DNA of 37,985 nucleotides from a virus. Lineage: Duplodnaviria; Heunggongvirae; Uroviricota; Caudoviricetes. The DNA lies in the IMG/VR virus record IMGVR_UViG_3300014614_000024, positions 1 through 37,985 of that record. One strand, given 5' to 3'. Of this stretch, positions 1 to 10,522 are shown one piece after another (the first letter of the stretch is position 1; each line of letters opens with the position of its first letter). The translations under genes were made by a program, and so were the position numbers. Below the pieces are notes generated by a model. That model was not told the DNA's origin. It searched no databases and was given only the letters and a program-made list of their open reading frames with translations.

Positions 1-258
1 ATGCAAACCGTTATTTTTGGTCGTCCGGGTTGCCCTTACTGTGTGCGTGCAAAAGATCTGGCTGAGAAATTGAGCAATGAACACGATGATTTTCAGTATC
101 ACTATGTAGATATTCGTGCGGAAGGGATCACTAAAGAAGATCTACAACAAAAGGCAGGTAAACCCGTAGAAACCGTGCCGCAGATTTTTGTCGATCAGCA
201 ACATATCGGCGGCTATACCGATTTTGCTGCATGGGTGAAAGAAAATCTGGACGCCTGA
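1..258 (+). CDS. grxA: glutaredoxin 1
   Basis: 85-aa product with CPYC redox motif; I recognise it as near-identical to E. coli GrxA; ATG start, TGA stop at 256-258. Confidence 0.93.
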   Translation: MQTVIFGRPGCPYCVRAKDLAEKLSNEHDDFQYHYVDIRAEGITKEDLQQKAGKPVETVPQIFVDQQHIGGYTDFAAWVKENLDA

Positions 259-267
259 TCGTCTGAC

Positions 268-300
268 AAGCCCTCGCGTTGAGGGCTTTACTGATTTTTT
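268..300 (+). terminator. hairpin (aagccctc/gagggctt) followed by T6 between convergent grxA and ybjM
   Basis: inverted repeat 268-275/281-288 with T-run 295-300, read directly from sequence; the T-run is 6 nt from the stem, so only a moderate intrinsic terminator. Confidence 0.4.
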
Positions 301-665
301 CTGTGCTGTGGTTTAAACAAACTACTGATAAATAAGAAACACAGTGCCCCCAGCGCACACCAGAACACCGCACTTAATAACCATGCCAGCTCTTGCCAGA
401 ATGAGCGCGTCGGTGAAAAAAACAGCCGCATAATGAGCATCGAACAGGGTGCCGCCAGCATTGCGCCAAACAGAGGTTTCAGGACTTCTCTACGCTGTGA
501 AAAGAAGCTGGCGACTGCTCCAGGAAGAATGAAAAATAGCAAGCCGATTTCAGGATGCCCGGCAGCCCGAAAAGCGCCTTTCATGTGCGTCGCCAGAAAA
601 AGGCACACCACAATGAAGAGGACAAAACAGCAGATTGCCCCCGCCCAACGTTGTTTATGTTTCAC
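288..665 (-). CDS. ybjM: inner-membrane protein YbjM
   Basis: 125-aa hydrophobic protein whose length and sequence match my recollection of E. coli YbjM; sits convergent to grxA as in K-12. Confidence 0.8.
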   Translation of the reverse strand: MKHKQRWAGAICCFVLFIVVCLFLATHMKGAFRAAGHPEIGLLFFILPGAVASFFSQRREVLKPLFGAMLAAPCSMLIMRLFFSPTRSFWQELAWLLSAVFWCALGALCFLFISSLFKPQHRKNQ

Positions 666-934
666 TCGTTCCTCCTGACACTGCGTCTATCGAACACATT
701 TTTCGCCAGTGTGGCGTTCAGTAAGATAAAGCCGCTTCGCATTCCATGCTAATATAGGCCAACGCAATTCATATAGCCGTTGATACCTAATGTGATTACA
801 CTAGTAAAATATATTGTTACTTTACTATCGTTTAGGTGCGCTGAATGAATCTGCGCCCTGAATTCTGGTAAAAAACATTATCGTAAATTACCATTTCTTT
901 CAACAGCTTACTAGTAAACAAGAAGTTAGCCTCC

Positions 935-2620
935 GTGAATATAAACGTCGCCGAATTGTTAAATGGGAATTACATTCTGTTATTATTTGTGGTCCTCGCG
1001 CTTGGGCTATGTCTCGGAAAGTTACGACTTGGTTCGATCCAACTGGGTAATTCCATTGGCGTTTTAGTCGTATCGCTGTTATTAGGCCAACAACATTTCA
1101 GCATTAACACCGATGCGCTTAATCTTGGCTTTATGCTGTTTATTTTCTGTGTTGGGGTTGAAGCCGGACCGAACTTTTTTTCCATTTTTTTTCGCGATGG
1201 GAAAAATTACCTAATGTTAGCACTGGTGATGGTTGGCAGTGCGCTGGTGATCGCCTTAGGGTTAGGTAAGCTGTTTGGCTGGGATATTGGCCTGACGGCC
1301 GGTATGTTAGCAGGCTCTATGACGTCGACACCGGTTCTGGTCGGTGCTGGCGATACACTGCGTCATTCCGGCATGGAAAGCAGGCAGCTCTCACTGGCAC
1401 TGGATAATCTGAGCCTCGGGTATGCCTTAACCTATTTAATCGGTCTGGTGAGTTTGATTGTTGGTGCGCGTTACTTGCCGAAATTGCAGCATCAGGACTT
1501 ACAGACCAGCGCCCAGCAAATCGCCCGCGAACGTGGCCTGGACACTGATGCCAACCGTAAGGTTTATTTACCGGTGATCCGCGCCTATCGCGTCGGCCCG
1601 GAGCTGGTGGCCTGGACCGACGGCAAAAATCTGCGTGAACTGGGTATTTATCGACAAACCGGCTGCTACATTGAACGTATTCGACGTAACGGGATTCTGG
1701 CAAATCCAGACGGTGATGCCGTGCTACAAATGGGCGATGAAATAGCGTTGGTAGGCTATCCCGACGCCCATGCCCGACTCGATCCCAGCTTCCGTAACGG
1801 TAAAGAAGTTTTCGATCGTGACCTTCTCGACATGCGTATCGTCACTGAAGAAGTGGTCGTTAAAAACCATAACGCTGTAGGTAAACGTCTCGCACAACTG
1901 AAGTTGACCGATCACGGTTGCTTCCTTAACCGCGTCATTCGTAGCCAGATTGAGATGCCGATAGATGACAACGTCGTGCTTAACAAAGGTGACGTTTTAC
2001 AAGTCAGCGGTGATGCCCGTCGCGTAAAAACCATCGCCGATCGCATCGGCTTTATCTCGATTCACAGCCAGGTCACTGACCTGCTGGCATTTTGCGCCTT
2101 CTTTGTTATTGGGCTGATGATCGGGATGATCACCTTCCAGTTCAGCACATTCAGTTTCGGCATGGGGAACGCTGCCGGGTTGTTATTCGCCGGAATTATG
2201 CTGGGCTTTATGCGTGCTAACCACCCGACCTTCGGTTACATTCCGCAGGGTGCATTAAGCATGGTGAAAGAGTTCGGCTTGATGGTGTTTATGGCAGGCG
2301 TTGGTCTGAGCGCCGGTAGCGGTATTAATAACGGCCTGGGCGCGATTGGCGGTCAGATGTTGATTGCCGGATTGATTGTCAGTCTGGTGCCCGTGGTTAT
2401 CTGTTTCTTGTTCGGTGCTTATGTATTGCGAATGAACCGCGCGCTGTTGTTCGGCGCAATGATGGGCGCACGTACCTGCGCGCCGGCAATGGAGATCATC
2501 AGTGATACAGCTCGCAGTAACATCCCGGCGCTGGGCTATGCGGGCACCTATGCAATCGCCAACGTCCTGCTGACGCTGGCAGGGACAATCATCGTCATGG
2601 TATGGCCAGGATTAGGATAA
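935..2620 (+). CDS. ybjL: putative AAE-family transporter YbjL (membrane domains plus central soluble region)
   Basis: 561-aa polytopic membrane protein with a central soluble region; same length and synteny as E. coli ybjL. Confidence 0.88.
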
Positions 2621-2732
2621 AACTGAAGTTGCCCTGAAAATGAAATTTTTTTGCACAACCGCAGAACTTTTCCGCAGGGCATCAGTCTTAATTAGTGCCA
2701 CTGCTTTTCTTTGATGTCCCCATTTTGTGGAG

Positions 2733-2776
2733 CCCATCAACCCCGCCATTTCGGTTCAAGGTTGATGGGTTTTTTG
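2733..2776 (+). terminator. rho-independent terminator downstream of ybjL
   Basis: stem cccatcaacc (2733-2742) pairs with ggttgatggg (2760-2769), followed by TTTTTT (2770-2775). Confidence 0.5.
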
Positions 2777-2855
2777 TTGCCTGAAATTTATGCCATTTAA
2801 AATCATGACGTTAGAAGCACTGTTTTTTAACGATGGCGACAAAATGGCGGCAGCA

Positions 2856-3074
2856 TCAAAGAGAGAGCGCCACCTGTCCTGATTTCATTGGATGCGGCTG
2901 AACCGGATTTGACTCTTTTGGCGTTGCAATCGAACGAACAAAAGTTTCATGGGTTACAAAAGTATGGCTGCAGTTAATATTCTGGCACTGGTTGTAACGC
3001 TCTTTGGTCAATGAAGATACCTGAAAACTGCTGCGAGTATGGGCGGCACTTCCACACAGTGGGCAAATCATCAT
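2856..3074 (-). CDS. ogr: Ogr/Delta-family zinc-finger late-gene activator (P2 Ogr / 186 B equivalent)
   Basis: 72 aa from the internal ATG at 3074; CPLCG-N19-CQNINC zinc-finger spacing like P2 Ogr; GGGGAG ~10 nt upstream; first gene inside the host junction, as ogr is in P2. Confidence 0.85.
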   Translation of the reverse strand: MMICPLCGSAAHTRSSFQVSSLTKERYNQCQNINCSHTFVTHETFVRSIATPKESNPVQPHPMKSGQVALSL

Positions 3075-3164
3075 TTTTCGAGTTCTCCCCATTTTTGCTA
3101 AATTCACAATAATGATACCGCATTATTCCATTTTGCAAACTTAAAAGTTCTCCATTGCGAAGAA

Positions 3165-4265
3165 TCATTCCATTTCGAAATCATCAATCCTCACTTCAAG
3201 CTCCAGACTGGTCGTAAAACCGTTATCCGGGCTGACGGTATGTGTCAGAGTCGTAATGGTCCATTCCGCATCATCTATCGGCTGTTTAAAACCACTGACC
3301 TTCACAGGCATTTCCGTGTAGAGATCTGCCCGCCCTTCCGCCAGTTGTAGCGAGAATGACGCAACGCCGCGTTGCAGACGTTCCCACTGCATTTTCGCTG
3401 CCCGTTCAGCGTTGCCCCGGTTGGCATAGGTGCGATTAAGTACCAGCACGTTTTCATCCGTACCCACCAGGTAATCGCCCTGCTTCGCTTCCGGCTCTTT
3501 CTTCTGCTTCTTAGTTCTGCGCTTACGCTTCACCGTGGTGCTTTCTTTCTTCGCGGGTTCACGGGTATGCAACCAGCTGGCAATTACGCCCGTGTAGGCT
3601 CCGCGATCTGCCAGGGTAAATCGGTGACTGTCGCCGTCCTTGCGTGTGATAGTGATCACTGGCAGTGGTTTACCAGTGGCGCTTTTGCCCTGCCCCTGCC
3701 GGATGAATAACAGATTGCCATTTTTCACCGACGCGATGGCACCGTACTGTCGCGCCAGTCGCATCAGAAAACTGCCGTCACTCTCATTAGTCTGGTCTAT
3801 ATGCTCCACGGGCTTATCCGACAGCTCTTTACCCAGTGCCATCTTCAGCTTGTGCCGCGCGGCTATTTCCTTCACCACTTCCCCGATGGTGGTGTTATGC
3901 CACGATTTTTCACGGCGGGGATTCAGGGTTTCCCGAAAATCAGCACTTCGCGCCCGGATAGTCAGGCGGTCCGGTGCGCCAGTGTGTTCAATCTCGTCCA
4001 CCGTGAATGCCCCTTTCGGGAAAAGCGGCTGCCTCTTCCAGCCCAGCGCCAGCGTAATGACCGCACCACGGCGCGGCAGCACGATTTTTCCATCGGCGTC
4101 GTCCAGCTCCAGATCAAGCTGGTCCGCTTCAAATCCCCGGTTATCCGTCAGCGTCAGCCCCATCAGGCGGTTGTCCAGCACAGTGGTGATATCCCTGCCT
4201 TCAATACTGATGCTGAATGCCGGAGTTTTGTTGCCTTTGTTAAGCAGTTCAGAGCTGAAATTCAC
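3165..4265 (-). CDS. D: tail protein D (late control gene D)
   Basis: 366 aa, recognisable P2 gpD homolog; GTG start at 4265; 4-bp overlap with U. Confidence 0.9.
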   Translation of the reverse strand: MNFSSELLNKGNKTPAFSISIEGRDITTVLDNRLMGLTLTDNRGFEADQLDLELDDADGKIVLPRRGAVITLALGWKRQPLFPKGAFTVDEIEHTGAPDRLTIRARSADFRETLNPRREKSWHNTTIGEVVKEIAARHKLKMALGKELSDKPVEHIDQTNESDGSFLMRLARQYGAIASVKNGNLLFIRQGQGKSATGKPLPVITITRKDGDSHRFTLADRGAYTGVIASWLHTREPAKKESTTVKRKRRTKKQKKEPEAKQGDYLVGTDENVLVLNRTYANRGNAERAAKMQWERLQRGVASFSLQLAEGRADLYTEMPVKVSGFKQPIDDAEWTITTLTHTVSPDNGFTTSLELEVRIDDFEME

Positions 4266-4747
4266 GACAGAAGCCCTCCCACCGTTTTACTGATATCGCT
4301 TAAGGCAGATGTTGCCGTTCCCTGCAGATTATTCAGTTGCGCACTGAGATCACCGAACATATCGGACAGGGATTCATCCACCCGTTTGAGCGACAGGGTG
4401 AACTCAATCCGGCGCGGCATACCGTCGCGGAAAAACTCCGTTTTAGTCTGATTCAGTCCCTCAATCACATACATGCCGTAAATCGTGCCGCTGCCTTCAA
4501 TCAGAGGCCATGCTTTCCCCTGTTCTGCCATCTGCTCAAGTGCCAGCAACGACAGCCTGCCGCCTGTTATCTCCGGCATAAGAACACCGGAAAGCGTCAG
4601 CATGTCGTTGTCCGGTCCCAGAAACTGCGTGGACGGACGACGATTTACCCGGCTGTTAGCCGCATGTCGCCAGCTGCGTTGATACTGCAGTTCCTGATAC
4701 GGCACGGTGCGCAGCATAAACACGTACAATCCCAGCACCATCATCAT
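4262..4747 (-). CDS. U: tail protein U
   Basis: 161 aa, P2 gpU-like; sits between T and D as in P2. Confidence 0.9.
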   Translation of the reverse strand: MMMVLGLYVFMLRTVPYQELQYQRSWRHAANSRVNRRPSTQFLGPDNDMLTLSGVLMPEITGGRLSLLALEQMAEQGKAWPLIEGSGTIYGMYVIEGLNQTKTEFFRDGMPRRIEFTLSLKRVDESLSDMFGDLSAQLNNLQGTATSALSDISKTVGGLLS

Positions 4748-7700
4748 GCGTCGTATCCCCCCTGATCGCTGTAGTTACTCCTGGCTTTTGCCTTCAGCCT
4801 GCGTTCACGTTCATCAAGCTGGCGGGCCACCTCCCGCGCAATATCCTGCGCACTTTGTCCTGGCTGTGTCTGGATGATGATCTGCGTCGGTGCTTCAATC
4901 CGGTAAACAGGCGGCACAGTGGCTGCGCGACTCACAATTGCTTCACCGCCTTTCGCGGGAAGCGCCAAAGGATGCAACGGTGGAAGCTCTGCTGGCGCGG
5001 CAGCAACACCCATCATTCCGGCGACAACGGCAGCCAGTGCAGCTGTATTTCTCCGGCTAGTCACGTTTGCCGGGCCGTTAACAATTTCCGGCCCGTTTTC
5101 ACCGACGATGCCAAACTGCCCACGCGGGATATAGCCGCCGCTGTCATACATCCCCGCAAAGCCATATCCCCATGACGGAAAACCACCCGATGGAATCATC
5201 ACTTTACCGTCTGCATTCACCGTCGCAGGTTGCTGACGCGTCACGCTTTCCGGCAGTTTTGCCTTTGCGGCCTCTTTACTGACAATGCCGAGCTTCTCCA
5301 GCAACCAGGAAACGCCGGATTTCAGGGAGTCCAGCGGATGCATGACCATATTCAGCCCTTCCGCCAGTGCCTCCCCGAATCTCCGCCCCATTGCCGCTGC
5401 ACTCTGCAGTTCGGCAGAGGTCGACTTAATGGGCGTCAGCAGATCAGTAAACCAGCCCCACAGCGCCTGTACTTTATCGCCAATCCACTGGAACACGGGC
5501 TTAAGCGGTTCGAATGCTGCACTGACGGGACCTGCCGCCGCTTTGAATCCTTCCACCACGCCACCAAGAAATGCGGTGATGGGTTGCCAGTATTTCCACA
5601 CAACCAGCGCCACGCCCGCCAGTGCAGTAACCACAAGACCTATCGGACTGAGCAGAGTACCTAACAGACCAGATACGGCATACAGGGCAACGCGCAGCAT
5701 CGCCAGTGGACCAGATGCCAGTACTCGCAGCACCGTGCCTGCGGCGGCCAGTCCACCGCGCTGTACCGCCAGAGGATTCATAAACATCACAGCAACAGCA
5801 CGTAAACCGGATAATCCAGACTGCAAAAGTGCAACCGGCGCACCTGCTACAGTTTTCAGGACATTTCCCGTCAGTGATGCCGTGCGGCGCAAAGACGACA
5901 ACGGCGCAGTAAGTAAACCCGCTGCGTTGCCCGATGAAGCAAGCCCGCGTCGCAGCAGTGCCAGTGGAGCGCCAGCTAACCAGGACAACGCGCTGCTGGT
6001 TCGTGTTACTGCTGCCGTAACGGAAGGTAACGTTTTGATACCCAGCACAGAGAATCCCAGACGGATGACTGCCAGCGGCCCCAGCACTGCAGCCAGCGCC
6101 ACCGCTAAGGTGCCGAGGCCTACGGTAACCGCAGCCATAACAGCCGCTACTTTCATCAGTGTGCCTGTCAGTTCCGGGTTAGCTTCCACCCAGCGGCGCA
6201 ACGCCCCCGTGATGCCTTTCACCGTGTACAGAATATCCATCAGCGGCTGGCGCAGCGTTTCGCCCAGGCTGCTGAAGGTGTTCTGCGTTCCGGTTTTGAC
6301 CAGCAACCACTGAGCGGAAAGTGAGTCTTTGTTGATGTCGGATTCTTTCTGCATGGAACCGAGCGCATCATTGCCCGCTGTCAGTTTTAGCTGGCGCTGC
6401 AGTTCCGGAAGGTTGTTTGCCAGTTTCGCCGCATCATCACCAAACTCTTTACCAAACAACATGGTCATGGCAGACAGACGCTTGTCCTGCGGCAGTGCGT
6501 TCACCTTCTCCAGCACACGCTGGATAGTTCCCATCGCATCCTTCGTCATCTGCTTTTCAATCACTTCAGGATTGAGTTTCAGCAGATTCATCCCTTCAAA
6601 AAAACTCTTGCTCTGCATGGTGGCAATGGATAATTCACGCACCATCGCGTTTGCTGCACTGGCAGCAACCTCCGGCGCAGCGCCCAGTGTCAGGAAGGTG
6701 GAACCCAGCGCCGCCGCTTTACGATAATCCAGACGGTCAGCCACACCGCCCAGGCGTTGCATGACATCAATGATGTCCGCCCCTTTCGACATGGCGTTAT
6801 CATCCAGATAGTTCAGCGCATCACCAAGCTGTTCAATATTGCGGGTAGGGATTTTGTAGAGCTGGGCGATTTTCCCCAGACTTTCTGACAGTTCATCCGC
6901 TGGCAGCTCAAAGGCTGTTGCCGCCTTTGCAGCCGTACTGGCGAAGGCCAGCAGGTCACGTTTCTGGTCTTCCCAGCTGTCGTCAGGGTTTGCGACGTTC
7001 ATGCGCGCACCACCTTCAACCAGTGCAACGAAGTCCACCGCACCGTTTTCCATCGGCAACTGTTCGCTGGCAGCCTTGATGGCATCCTGCATTTCATAAA
7101 AACGTGCAGTGCGGTTGCCATTATCGTCACGCAGACCATTGACCTGCTTTGCCACACCTTTCATGGCATCTTCCATGCTGGTATAGCTTTTTACTGCCGC
7201 CATCACTGGCGTCCCCATTGCCAGCCCTGCAGCCGTGGTAGTGGCTCCAGCTCCTGCAATACGATCGCGCACATCCAGCGAACGGGCATAACTGGCACGC
7301 GCCGCATTCATCCTGCGCTGAGCTTCACCCAGTCGCTTCAGCCGCGCCTCCTGTTTCGACAATTCCTGGTTATAACGTGATGTTTCACGGGCTAAACGGG
7401 CAGTTGCTCCCGCATCGTCTTTCGCAGAAATTCCCGCCCGGTACAGTTCAGCACGCACAAGCGCCGTTTGCTTCTGCAAGTATTTTTGTTGTTCTTCCAG
7501 GCGTTGGACTGCCAGTGTTTGCCGACCTAAAGCCACAAGGTGCCGTTGTGATGGTTGTTCCATCGCCTCCAGCTCAGAGCTAAGCAAATTAGCCTTCTGT
7601 CTGGCATAGTTCAGCCTGTCGCCTAACTTCTTGTTATCGGCCTGCAGCTTGCGAAATTTTTCCAGGCTGTTACCCGCCTGATTGAGTTGCTTTAATGCGT

Positions 7701-7821
7701 CACGGGAGTTTCTGATTGCGCCAGCCAGCTCTTTCGAGCTGGCCTGTGCAGCACGGAATGGGCGGGTGAGTTTGTCAACCGCATTAAGAATGACCTGCAG
7801 GCGCAGGTTATTATCACTCAT
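4744..7821 (-). CDS. T: tail tape measure protein
   Basis: 1025 aa, alpha-helical, Ala/Leu-rich with central hydrophobic segments; position between E/E' and U. Confidence 0.9.
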   Translation of the reverse strand: MSDNNLRLQVILNAVDKLTRPFRAAQASSKELAGAIRNSRDALKQLNQAGNSLEKFRKLQADNKKLGDRLNYARQKANLLSSELEAMEQPSQRHLVALGRQTLAVQRLEEQQKYLQKQTALVRAELYRAGISAKDDAGATARLARETSRYNQELSKQEARLKRLGEAQRRMNAARASYARSLDVRDRIAGAGATTTAAGLAMGTPVMAAVKSYTSMEDAMKGVAKQVNGLRDDNGNRTARFYEMQDAIKAASEQLPMENGAVDFVALVEGGARMNVANPDDSWEDQKRDLLAFASTAAKAATAFELPADELSESLGKIAQLYKIPTRNIEQLGDALNYLDDNAMSKGADIIDVMQRLGGVADRLDYRKAAALGSTFLTLGAAPEVAASAANAMVRELSIATMQSKSFFEGMNLLKLNPEVIEKQMTKDAMGTIQRVLEKVNALPQDKRLSAMTMLFGKEFGDDAAKLANNLPELQRQLKLTAGNDALGSMQKESDINKDSLSAQWLLVKTGTQNTFSSLGETLRQPLMDILYTVKGITGALRRWVEANPELTGTLMKVAAVMAAVTVGLGTLAVALAAVLGPLAVIRLGFSVLGIKTLPSVTAAVTRTSSALSWLAGAPLALLRRGLASSGNAAGLLTAPLSSLRRTASLTGNVLKTVAGAPVALLQSGLSGLRAVAVMFMNPLAVQRGGLAAAGTVLRVLASGPLAMLRVALYAVSGLLGTLLSPIGLVVTALAGVALVVWKYWQPITAFLGGVVEGFKAAAGPVSAAFEPLKPVFQWIGDKVQALWGWFTDLLTPIKSTSAELQSAAAMGRRFGEALAEGLNMVMHPLDSLKSGVSWLLEKLGIVSKEAAKAKLPESVTRQQPATVNADGKVMIPSGGFPSWGYGFAGMYDSGGYIPRGQFGIVGENGPEIVNGPANVTSRRNTAALAAVVAGMMGVAAAPAELPPLHPLALPAKGGEAIVSRAATVPPVYRIEAPTQIIIQTQPGQSAQDIAREVARQLDERERRLKAKARSNYSDQGGYDA

Positions 7822-8250
7822 CGTTGGCCCCGCTTCTCTGAATCGCTTTATACCGCCATTCCAGCACTTCGGTCAGCGGCATAACGTCAGTAACGGATGG
7901 CGGCCAGTGAAAAATAGTGGCGATATCTGCCACCAGATCATCAACCGTCAGGCTGTCGGTAAACCGGCAAGCACCGACTTCTTCAACAAAAAAGTGACAA
8001 CCTCAACCGACATGGCGGTGAGATCTGCCGGGTCCATCTCTGCAATTTCCTGTGCAGTCAGTGCCGGGCTGGAGATGCGGGGGATCACGGTCATCATCGC
8101 GTTCACATCCATATCCATAATGGCCTGCAGGCGTGTACCGCGCAGCGCACCGGACTGCGGTTTACGCAGCACAATTTCGGTGATTTCCGTTTTTCCGCGC
8201 TTGATGGGAGTATCCAGTTGAATAGTCTTTTCAGTCTGCTTATCGCTCAT
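7814..8250 (-). CDS. tail assembly chaperone E+E' (programmed -1 frameshift product)
   Basis: after TTTTTTG the -1 frame stays open for 57 codons (VEEVGACRFTDSL...RSGANDE) to a TGA at 7816-7814 that overlaps the T start codon; I translated this by hand from the sequence. Confidence 0.6.
7948..8250 (-). CDS. E: tail assembly chaperone E (zero-frame product)
   Basis: 100-aa ORF with ATG at 8250; P2 gpE-like; contains the slippery heptamer near its 3' end. Confidence 0.85.
   Translation of the reverse strand: MSDKQTEKTIQLDTPIKRGKTEITEIVLRKPQSGALRGTRLQAIMDMDVNAMMTVIPRISSPALTAQEIAEMDPADLTAMSVEVVTFLLKKSVLAGLPTA
7987..7993 (-). other. slippery heptamer T-TTT-TTG for the E/E' -1 ribosomal frameshift
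   Basis: plus strand caaaaaa = minus strand TTTTTTG inside codons ACT-TTT-TTG of gene E; same heptamer as the P2 E/E' shift site. Confidence 0.6.
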
Positions 8251-8304
8251 TTTGCTGTCCTGTAAATTGGGTTCTGGCGCGGCATTCCGCGCCGTTCAGA
8301 TACA

Positions 8305-8820
8305 TCAGAGGCCGAGGGCGTTGCGGTGCGCTTCCATCAGGTCCACACCGTCCACAATTTCCACCATGTTGATAAGGTCCACTTCATAGAGCACCTCACC
8401 ATTGATAGTCAGCTTCGCGTAGCTGTTGGTACTGGTCACTTTGGTGGTGTTGCTTTCGCCCGTCTTCCACTCGCCGGAATCCACTTCTTTGTGACGTCCA
8501 CGCACCACAAGCTCCACGGCCTGCACTTCTCCGGTATCGTCACGCTGGATAGAGCCGGTGAAGCGCAACTGGATGCCATCCACCGTGGCTTTGCCCATCT
8601 GTTTAAACAGCAGCAGTTCAGTACCACCAATGGAAAATTCTGTGTCCAGAGCACTGTCATCCAGTCCCAGATCCACATCCACTGCACCCGGCATTCCGCC
8701 GCCGCGATACTTCTCATATTTGCGGGTGAATTTCGGCAGCGTCAGCGACTCAACGATCCCCTGCCAGTTGTTCCCGTCGTTAAACAGGTTCAGGTGTTTT
8801 AATTTGCGTGGTAAAGCCAT
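8305..8820 (-). CDS. FII: tail tube protein
   Basis: 171 aa, P2 gpFII-like; ATG at 8820. Confidence 0.9.
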   Translation of the reverse strand: MALPRKLKHLNLFNDGNNWQGIVESLTLPKFTRKYEKYRGGGMPGAVDVDLGLDDSALDTEFSIGGTELLLFKQMGKATVDGIQLRFTGSIQRDDTGEVQAVELVVRGRHKEVDSGEWKTGESNTTKVTSTNSYAKLTINGEVLYEVDLINMVEIVDGVDLMEAHRNALGL

Positions 8821-8829
8821 GTTGTCCCC

Positions 8830-10002
8830 TTACGCGCTGACCTGGCTGGAGAAATTCACCAGGTACTGATCGGTGATGCGCTGACGCAGCATCAGGTTTT
8901 CAAGTGGCGGCACTGGTGTGTAGTCGTAGTCGATGGTGAGTTTTCCAGCTTTCAGAGTGTCTTTGTCGTTCACCGACTCATCCAGCCAGCAATCGCCACC
9001 AATGAGATAGCCCTGACTGATCAGGCTGCGCATTTTGGCGCGGATACCTTCGATAATGTCGCGGGCCAGCGACGGATTCAGCGGTTTATCGACCGCCCAC
9101 ATTGGCGCTTCTGCCATCGTGTCCATCAGCACCTGCGCCGTGCGGGTGTAGTTTTCGAAGGCAAAGAGTGGGTCATCACTCAGGCAGCGGGAACCCCAGA
9201 AGCGGAAACCGTCTTTACGCACAAGCGTGGTGACGTCGTTCTGGTTCAGCAGACCTGCATCAGTTGCCGGGTCCTGCAGATCCCAGAACACATCAGCAGA
9301 AATTCCGGTGACACCGTTCACGCCCACGTTGGACAGGCTTTTGTGCCACCCTGTCTGCTCATCAATTTTGGCACGCAGACCAAGCGCACGGGCGGTGGCA
9401 TATGCCGTTGCGTCGGCATTCAGCACCGTGTCCCAGCCAGTAAAGTCAGGCCAAATCAGCATCCCTTCACGCTGACTGAAGTTTTCACGGTAAGTGATCG
9501 CCTCCTGCACCGTCTTGCAGCCATACGCTGACAGGTAAGCAAACCCACGCAGGCTTTGCGCCACGCCCAGCAACTCAGTAGCAACGGCTTTATTATCGTG
9601 CCCCGGCACGCCGAGGATGCGCGGTTTAACACCGAGCTGTGACTGGGCAGATAACAGGGCTTTCATACCAGTTTTTTTACCTTCAGCAGTCACTGCGCCG
9701 ATGATATTGGTCGTGGTTTCTTCTTCCGTTTCACCCTGCGGCACACGCACAACAACGGTCACGGGTTTTGCCTGGTCAGCGATGGCATCCAGCGAGCGGG
9801 CCAGCGTACCGGATTCACCCGCCTTACCGCTGGCAGTAAGCACATCAGTGATCAGCACGGGTTTATTAAGAGGGAACATTTTTGCATCGGCATCATCGCC
9901 CGTGCAGACCATGCCCACGATGGCGGTGCTCACCGTGGTAATGGATCGAGTGCCTTCGTTGACTTCAACAACGCGCACTCCGTGGTGGTAATCCTGAGCC
10001 AT
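8830..10002 (-). CDS. FI: contractile tail sheath protein
   Basis: 390 aa, P2 gpFI-like; ATG at 10002. Confidence 0.9.
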   Translation of the reverse strand: MAQDYHHGVRVVEVNEGTRSITTVSTAIVGMVCTGDDADAKMFPLNKPVLITDVLTASGKAGESGTLARSLDAIADQAKPVTVVVRVPQGETEEETTTNIIGAVTAEGKKTGMKALLSAQSQLGVKPRILGVPGHDNKAVATELLGVAQSLRGFAYLSAYGCKTVQEAITYRENFSQREGMLIWPDFTGWDTVLNADATAYATARALGLRAKIDEQTGWHKSLSNVGVNGVTGISADVFWDLQDPATDAGLLNQNDVTTLVRKDGFRFWGSRCLSDDPLFAFENYTRTAQVLMDTMAEAPMWAVDKPLNPSLARDIIEGIRAKMRSLISQGYLIGGDCWLDESVNDKDTLKAGKLTIDYDYTPVPPLENLMLRQRITDQYLVNFSSQVSA

Positions 10003-10108
10003 AGTGGCGAACCTCCTGATTGGATTAGGCTTCGCCCTATGTTGAAGTGATTGTGTCTGACAAGCAGCTAAGCGCAGTTGTACCGTTATTCACACAAAAT
10101 GACGGTAT

Positions 10109-10522
10109 TTATCTGCTTGCAGGGAAAACAGGCCAAATAATATCAGGTGCGGTGCTGGTATCTGTTGCCGTCACAGCCTCGATATAATCCAGCACAACGT
10201 TAAGTCGGGTAGTTTCCTCTTGCGTCAGTTTGCGCCCGGCCTGCAGCTTTAACTGAATCACGCTGATATTAGCCATTGCTGCGTCTGTCAGCGACTGTTT
10301 TTTCTGTTCAGCGTCAGCTACCAGTTCATCATGAGAACGTTCCGGAGGGAGCGGCGCAGTAAATACCCCGTCTGAATACCCCCATCCGATTCCGGGATGC
10401 TCACTGATATCAGAAATATCAATGAGCTGCTGATTATCCGGCACTGTGAATTCAGCCTCGCCATCCCAGACAATGACATTCACAACCATCCCATTTTCAA
10501 TAACTGCATATGACGTATTCAT
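10109..10522 (-). CDS. G: tail fibre assembly chaperone
   Basis: 137 aa from the ATG at 10522, which overlaps the H stop codon (TAATG) with GAGGAG 8 nt upstream; tail-fibre-assembly-like sequence (MNTSYAVIENG...). Confidence 0.8.
   Translation of the reverse strand: MNTSYAVIENGMVVNVIVWDGEAEFTVPDNQQLIDISDISEHPGIGWGYSDGVFTAPLPPERSHDELVADAEQKKQSLTDAAMANISVIQLKLQAGRKLTQEETTRLNVVLDYIEAVTATDTSTAPDIIWPVFPASR

Noticed and set aside
433-752. 81-aa and 65-aa plus-strand ORFs overlapping ybjM
   Set aside because: ybjM on the opposite strand matches a known membrane protein; these are antisense frames.
2621-2855. tRNA gene as integration target at the prophage junction
   Set aside because: No cloverleaf-compatible sequence or CCA-type 3' end visible; only a hairpin terminator.
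3640-4451. 217-aa and 216-aa plus-strand ORFs overlapping gene D
   Set aside because: Antisense to the conserved tail protein D; composition-driven open frames.
5285-6313. 342-aa plus-strand ORF (plus 4855-5175, 5230-5664 and 6329-6727) inside the tape-measure gene
   Set aside because: Antisense to a well-supported, GC-rich conserved gene; Ala/Pro/Ser/Arg-rich low-complexity translation typical of reverse-frame artefacts; no ribosome-binding site.
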